From the NCBI GenBank assembly GCA_032718475.1, contig JAUCBJ010002686.1:1-64000 (forward strand): a stretch of DNA of 64,000 bases, in the 5' to 3' direction. The notes below the pieces were generated by a model. It was not told where the DNA came from, did not search any database, and saw nothing but the letters and a program-made list of their open reading frames with translations. The stretch's first letter is position 1, and each line of letters starts with the position of its first letter. Shown piece by piece: positions 22,424-64,000 of the stretch. A program made the position numbers and the translations under genes. Source of the stretch: Nemertoderma westbladi. Its lineage: Eukaryota; Animalia; Xenacoelomorpha.

Positions 22424-23201
22424 TAAGTCATACGACGTATTTGTAGCTCTTCATTTAGATTTTAGGACATGTTTGTTTCCATTGAAAGTCGCATTAATTT
22501 GTCGATGGGAAAACAAATCTACCGTGGTGGAGAAATCTTCTCAACTATCCTCTTTAACTGTTGGTACAATAAGTTTGGATCTTCCAGAATTTCTCGATTC
22601 TAAACTTTCCGTGCAAAATATCCAGGACAGATTCCTTAAGTCTTCGCTTTTAGATTTTGCCCAACCAGAATTCGTTCTATCAATATCTTCAGCGACCTTA
22701 CCGAGTCATTCTGTTGTTACAACCCTAAAGGAATCCCTTGAACCTTGCGAACTATCCGACCGTGGATTCAGTGTCCCCACCGGCCACTCGCATCCGCTCG
22801 CCGGATGTCGGATTACGTCACTCAACTCCACCGTGCATTCTTCGCTAATTAAAGTTAATGTTAATAACCCATCCCAGGCGGCGTTACTTATCCAGTTACT
22901 GTGCAATAACACGACCGCTGATGTTGGATTCAACGTGGTGCCTGATATAGTCGGACTCAATGAGACTGTTAGCGACTTATGCGAGCGGTTCTCTGTGCGA
23001 TTAAAGTCGTTGCTAACGTCCTACTTAGACTCGTTAAATAATTTACTCCCAAGTGAAAGCGATGTGGTTTGCATCGGGAGTCCAGCTACAACTGTTTTAC
23101 CCCGCGCTAAATATATTCAGTGTACTAAATCGATTATTAGGTGTTACATTGATGGTTTAATATTGTCAATTAATTTATCAGATTTGAATTCATATCACTA
23201 A
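22416..23201 (+). CDS. FANCB: FANCB homolog C-terminal part (different frame)
   Basis: Frame open from 22416, overlapping the end of the upstream ORF; combined length ~780 aa is FANCB-sized; beta-rich then helical character. Confidence 0.62.
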   Translation, partial: RVNKSYDVFVALHLDFRTCLFPLKVALICRWENKSTVVEKSSQLSSLTVGTISLDLPEFLDSKLSVQNIQDRFLKSSLLDFAQPEFVLSISSATLPSHSVVTTLKESLEPCELSDRGFSVPTGHSHPLAGCRITSLNSTVHSSLIKVNVNNPSQAALLIQLLCNNTTADVGFNVVPDIVGLNETVSDLCERFSVRLKSLLTSYLDSLNNLLPSESDVVCIGSPATTVLPRAKYIQCTKSIIRCYIDGLILSINLSDLNSYH

Positions 23202-23905
23202 TTAATTTCCTTCGATTTTGGTGGAATTCTCCCTTTAGTGGTTATTTTTATATTTCCCTTCATAACTCTATAGTATATTTCTTATTTTGTTGTTGTTTTT
23301 AATCCGACAGGATGAGACTACAACTGTGTTTGGGGGCCATCGTGCAGCAGAGTGTAGCTATAATAGTTATATATAGCCCCCCCCCCCCCCTACCTCCCCC
23401 ACAAACATTTGTAAAACTGACATAGTTATAAATTATATTATTACTGTTTCAGACTTAGAAGCACTAATATAATGAATTTAAATAATATTATTAAATTAAT
23501 TATATTCTCCATTATTTAAATTCACTATTTAGTAGAATAGGCCGTTCCTTGATAGCTCTGAATTATGACTCGCCCCCCAATGGCAACCAAATGTAATATT
23601 TATAATGTAATGGGACAATATGATAATGCTCTCCTTGGGTCGGGGTCTCGGGAAGGTGGTGTTAGTTGGGTTAGACGCTACACGTTGGTGTTAGAGGGCG
23701 GGAACTTTCGAGAAGTTTGACTGTCAGTTATATAAATATGGGTGAGGGTAGAAATATATAAATAAACACACAGTGTGTTGGACTGGATGTTGGTAACGTA
23801 CAAAGTTCACTATGTTCGTTGTGTTTGGTTTCATGAGGGATGAGTTTGGTGGGTCTCGCTCTATTACGCGATTGTTACATTTATTTTATAAACACAATTT
23901 TATAG

Positions 23906-60398
<36,493 letters not shown>

Positions 60399-63174
60399 GT
60401 CTCACCTTCAGACTGGATTAGTAGTCAGACGATGGTTTTATAGACTATCAGTTATTAATAGAGATTCGCTTAGTAACACAACTAAATGCATACTCACATC
60501 ATCACATTGCACACTTTCTCTATTGCTTATAACTTAGCTCTTTTCTCTCTATACGCTATTATTGTGCTCTCGTGTGTTGATGTGCTGTATGTATTTCCGT
60601 ATGTGCTTGCTTTTGCTTTCTCTGCACTGACTACTTTATTCTCTACTGGCCAAGCTATTGCAAGATTTCTTCTCTAATTCGGCAACCGAACACAGCCTGC
60701 AGCAGCAATTTGAAGCATTTCACAGCAAATTCAATTTTCCTGCTTTATTTTTCGCTTAAAAGTTCCAGATTTTTCCATCGTAACACAATAACATCTGGCA
60801 GTTTTCGCATTCAATGACGATATCCTTTAAATAAAATTTATTATATATTTTAGGTTGTATCTCTCTATAGTTTAACAATTATTAAACGTATCAGTAAGTA
60901 GCGTTTGACTATTTTCGTAACTTACTCGAGTTTTTAGCTATGTTATGTTTGGAACGTGTTTCTAGTTTTTGTAAAACTCCTCGTTCAAATTATTAAGTGT
61001 TCTTTTTATTTATATATTTTGTAAATCTTACTTTTTCACCATAGCAATTAATGTTTAACACATTAGAATTAATTAGAAATCCCTTTTAACTTCGTCACTC
61101 GGCTTCTTATTTCACGCGCGAAGCAAGAGGGAGTGAAAAAAAGTGTTAAACTACTTATAAGCTATTATTTTTTGTAAATTTTCTATATTATAACTTTATA
61201 TGATGTAACATGTACTATATTTTCTACTAGTTATTTCAGTTGTTGGATTTGTCGTATAGTTTGGACGAACAGGATTCAATTCAAATCGGTACCCCTTGTT
61301 GTATTTACGTGTTTTATTTATGTTTTATTTGACGAATATAACGAAATAATTAATTTATCCCCTTTATTTATATTTTATTCTCACATATGAACTCCATAAT
61401 CATTTTTCGTTCAACGAATCGAAGTCGACCCGCACTAAATCCCGTAGTAATGAGTCGGACTCAGACAACCGATAAAACCCCAGTTTTTACTCGATCTGAA
61501 ACTCACCCAAGTTTGATGGCTGATTTAGACCATTTATTATCTGTCTCATCGGACGCATGTTGTACGGCGCCTGCAGACGCTGTTCAGATACAGACCTTGA
61601 AATCTGATGCCTCTGACACAAACAGGTGGTTTATACTCGAATACGCCATTGTTTCAGATTATATTATTCTAGAACACAGAATTTTTAACCAATTCTATCC
61701 GCATTCGATATTTACTAAAATTGAATTAGCGTCTGATGTCAGACGCAAAAAAAGGTTAGCCAGAGTGGTGGGACGTTGCAGAAGTAGCATCCTTGGAAAG
61801 TCATCTTTAGATATAATGAATATATTATTATGAATATGAATATAATTATTATGAATAGCTAGCTAAAATGCAGCTTGTTCAATATTGATAATTGATGGAG
61901 CGGTCATTTTTTTCAACAGCAACAAATTTTGTTGTTATAATATTATAACAAGTTTAAAAGGCGTTGCAAATCTGATTTACTGCCTCCGTAAATTAATGCA
62001 GCAAAACTTGTTTTAATTTTTTATACAAATTTACGATCCTACATTCCCAGACATGGTTTAAAGCGGATTTTAATCCCCATATCAATTTGTGGATATTTAT
62101 TATAACGCCAGCTGTACTATTTATCTTATTTTGAAATTTGCTGAACAGAACATTATTAGGCGTATCTGTAGTAAGGATTCGTTTGGAAATCTTTCACGGG
62201 TATCTTGTCATTCCTTAACAACTGATGCAGACACTGTGCAATTGAGCATGCATTGCACAATGCTCACCGTCTTCAGACTCCCGTCCCATCCATCAAACAC
62301 CAATTACTATTACTAAATGACCGACTGGAAGATATTTTCTTTCCCCACATGAATCAATCTTTTCTGACGTTTATTTATTAGCACAGATGCTTCCGGCTTC
62401 CGTGCTCCATTCGTAATTTTCTCAGTATGTTCCCATGGAATAGTTGAATGATTATGATTGAAAGTATTCAACCAAATTATAAAATGATGTCGTTTATAAT
62501 AACGAGATGGGTTTTAATAAAAAACTACCTACTATTATGTTATGCCTGTGTTTAAAGTTGCACTAAATAGATTGCTCTTCCGAGAATTGTAAGACGAACG
62601 AGCGTAGTGAGTGATTGTAAATAAATATACGAGGATCAGAACATTGTGAAGTACTTTTATACTATATCTTATAATGCGCTGGTACATCTACGTAATCTAT
62701 GTAGAAAAAAATTTGTTCCAAAATTGTAATATGTAAAAGTGAAATATATGGTTGGAATTTATTCAAATTAATCAGAATAAATAGAGCTTCAGAATAGAAA
62801 ACATATAATTATGAAATATCCAACCATTTAGGACATTTAAGTCGGTCGTTTTAGGGTAGTGATCTCCTACTACCGGGATGTCCGTCTCAGAGAATTTGGG
62901 AATAACTTAAATAAATTTCCCGTTACAAATTGTTATGGTTATATACTTATATATTTTTTGACTAAATATTAATACAAACAAATATCTTAAATAGAAGATA
63001 ATAAAATCAAAGCAATACGTATGAGTCAATAGGATACAATAAGGTAAAGATACAAAAACATTGGAATAATTTATTTGTAGAAGTCGGTCTTTTGGGTTTT
63101 TGACGACATAATTCAGTATTAAGTGTCGCTTTACCACATTATCGGCCCAATTTACCGCACAGACAGCACACATT

Positions 63175-64000
63175 CCCACACGACCCACTTTCCTACACTA
63201 ACGCACCACTCATCACGCTATTGACCCACTTACCCACACAAACGACCCACTTTCCTACACTAACGCACCACTCATCACGCTATTGGCCCACTTACCCACA
63301 CAAACGACCCACTTTCCTACACTAACGTATCACTCATCACGCTATTGGCCCACTTACCCACACAAACGACCCACTTTCCTACACTAACGTATCACTCATC
63401 ACGCTATTGACCCACTTACCCACACAAACGACCCACTTTCCTACACTAACGCACCACTCATCACGCTATTGACCCACTTACCCACACAAACGACCCTCTT
63501 TCCTACACTAACGTACCACTCATCACGCTATTGGCCCACTTACCCACACAAACGACCCACTTTCCTACACTAACGCACCACTCATCACGCTATTGACCCA
63601 CTTACCCACACAAACGACCCACTTTCCTACACTAACGCACCACTCATCACGCTATTGGCCCACTTACCCACACAAACGACCCACTTTCCTACACTAACGC
63701 ACCACTCATTACGCTATTGACCCACTTACCCACACAAACGACCCACTTTCCTACACTAACGCACCACTCATCACGCTATTGACCCAGTTACCCACACAAA
63801 CGACCCACTTTCCTACACTAACGCACCACTCATCACGCTATTGACCCACTTACCCACACAAACGACCCACTTTCCTACACTAACGCACCACTCATCACGC
63901 TATTGACCCAGTTACCCACACAAACGACCCACTTTCCTACACTAACGCACCACTCATCACGCTATTGACCCACTTACCCACACCTACGACCCACTTTCCT
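63175..64000. repeat. 62-bp tandem repeat running off the window end
   Basis: Unit acccacacaaacgacccactttcctacactaacgcaccactcatcacgctattgacccactt, 13 or more copies. Confidence 0.95.

Noticed and set aside
61387-61833. 148-aa ORF after the titin stop
   Set aside because: No recognisable motif or convincing splice context.
63175-64000. CRISPR or subtelomeric array
   Set aside because: Plain 62-bp tandem repeat without spacers or telomeric motif.

Overview
AT-rich, intron-containing animal (invertebrate-like) nuclear DNA; not prokaryotic, no CRISPR or rRNA. The dominant feature is a + strand titin-like gene (about 32 GT-AG exons, 23906-60398, about 24 complete I-set Ig domains plus one half-domain). 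Its 3' part runs colinear with vertebrate titin Z-disc domains Z4-Z9 (compared from memory) and ends at a stop in a terminal Ig exon. It carries three large non-Ig cassette exons, one holding an unrecognised ~60-aa repeat, plus a 19-nt microexon. Its 5' end is not visible. Upstream lie an intronless SERINC, a two-exon mucin-like membrane gene with a decayed Gypsy element in its intron, a minus-strand M28-fold pseudopeptidase with a GPI-like tail, and an intronless FANCB homolog split by a frameshift. An intronless Ig-type receptor gene and a decayed RTE LINE are nested in titin introns. There are many tandem arrays (27, 27/54, ~21, 63, 4 and 62 bp units), a solo LTR with a 5-bp TSD and SINE remnants. 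All homology calls come from motif recognition, not database searches; splice models were read by eye and checked for phase.
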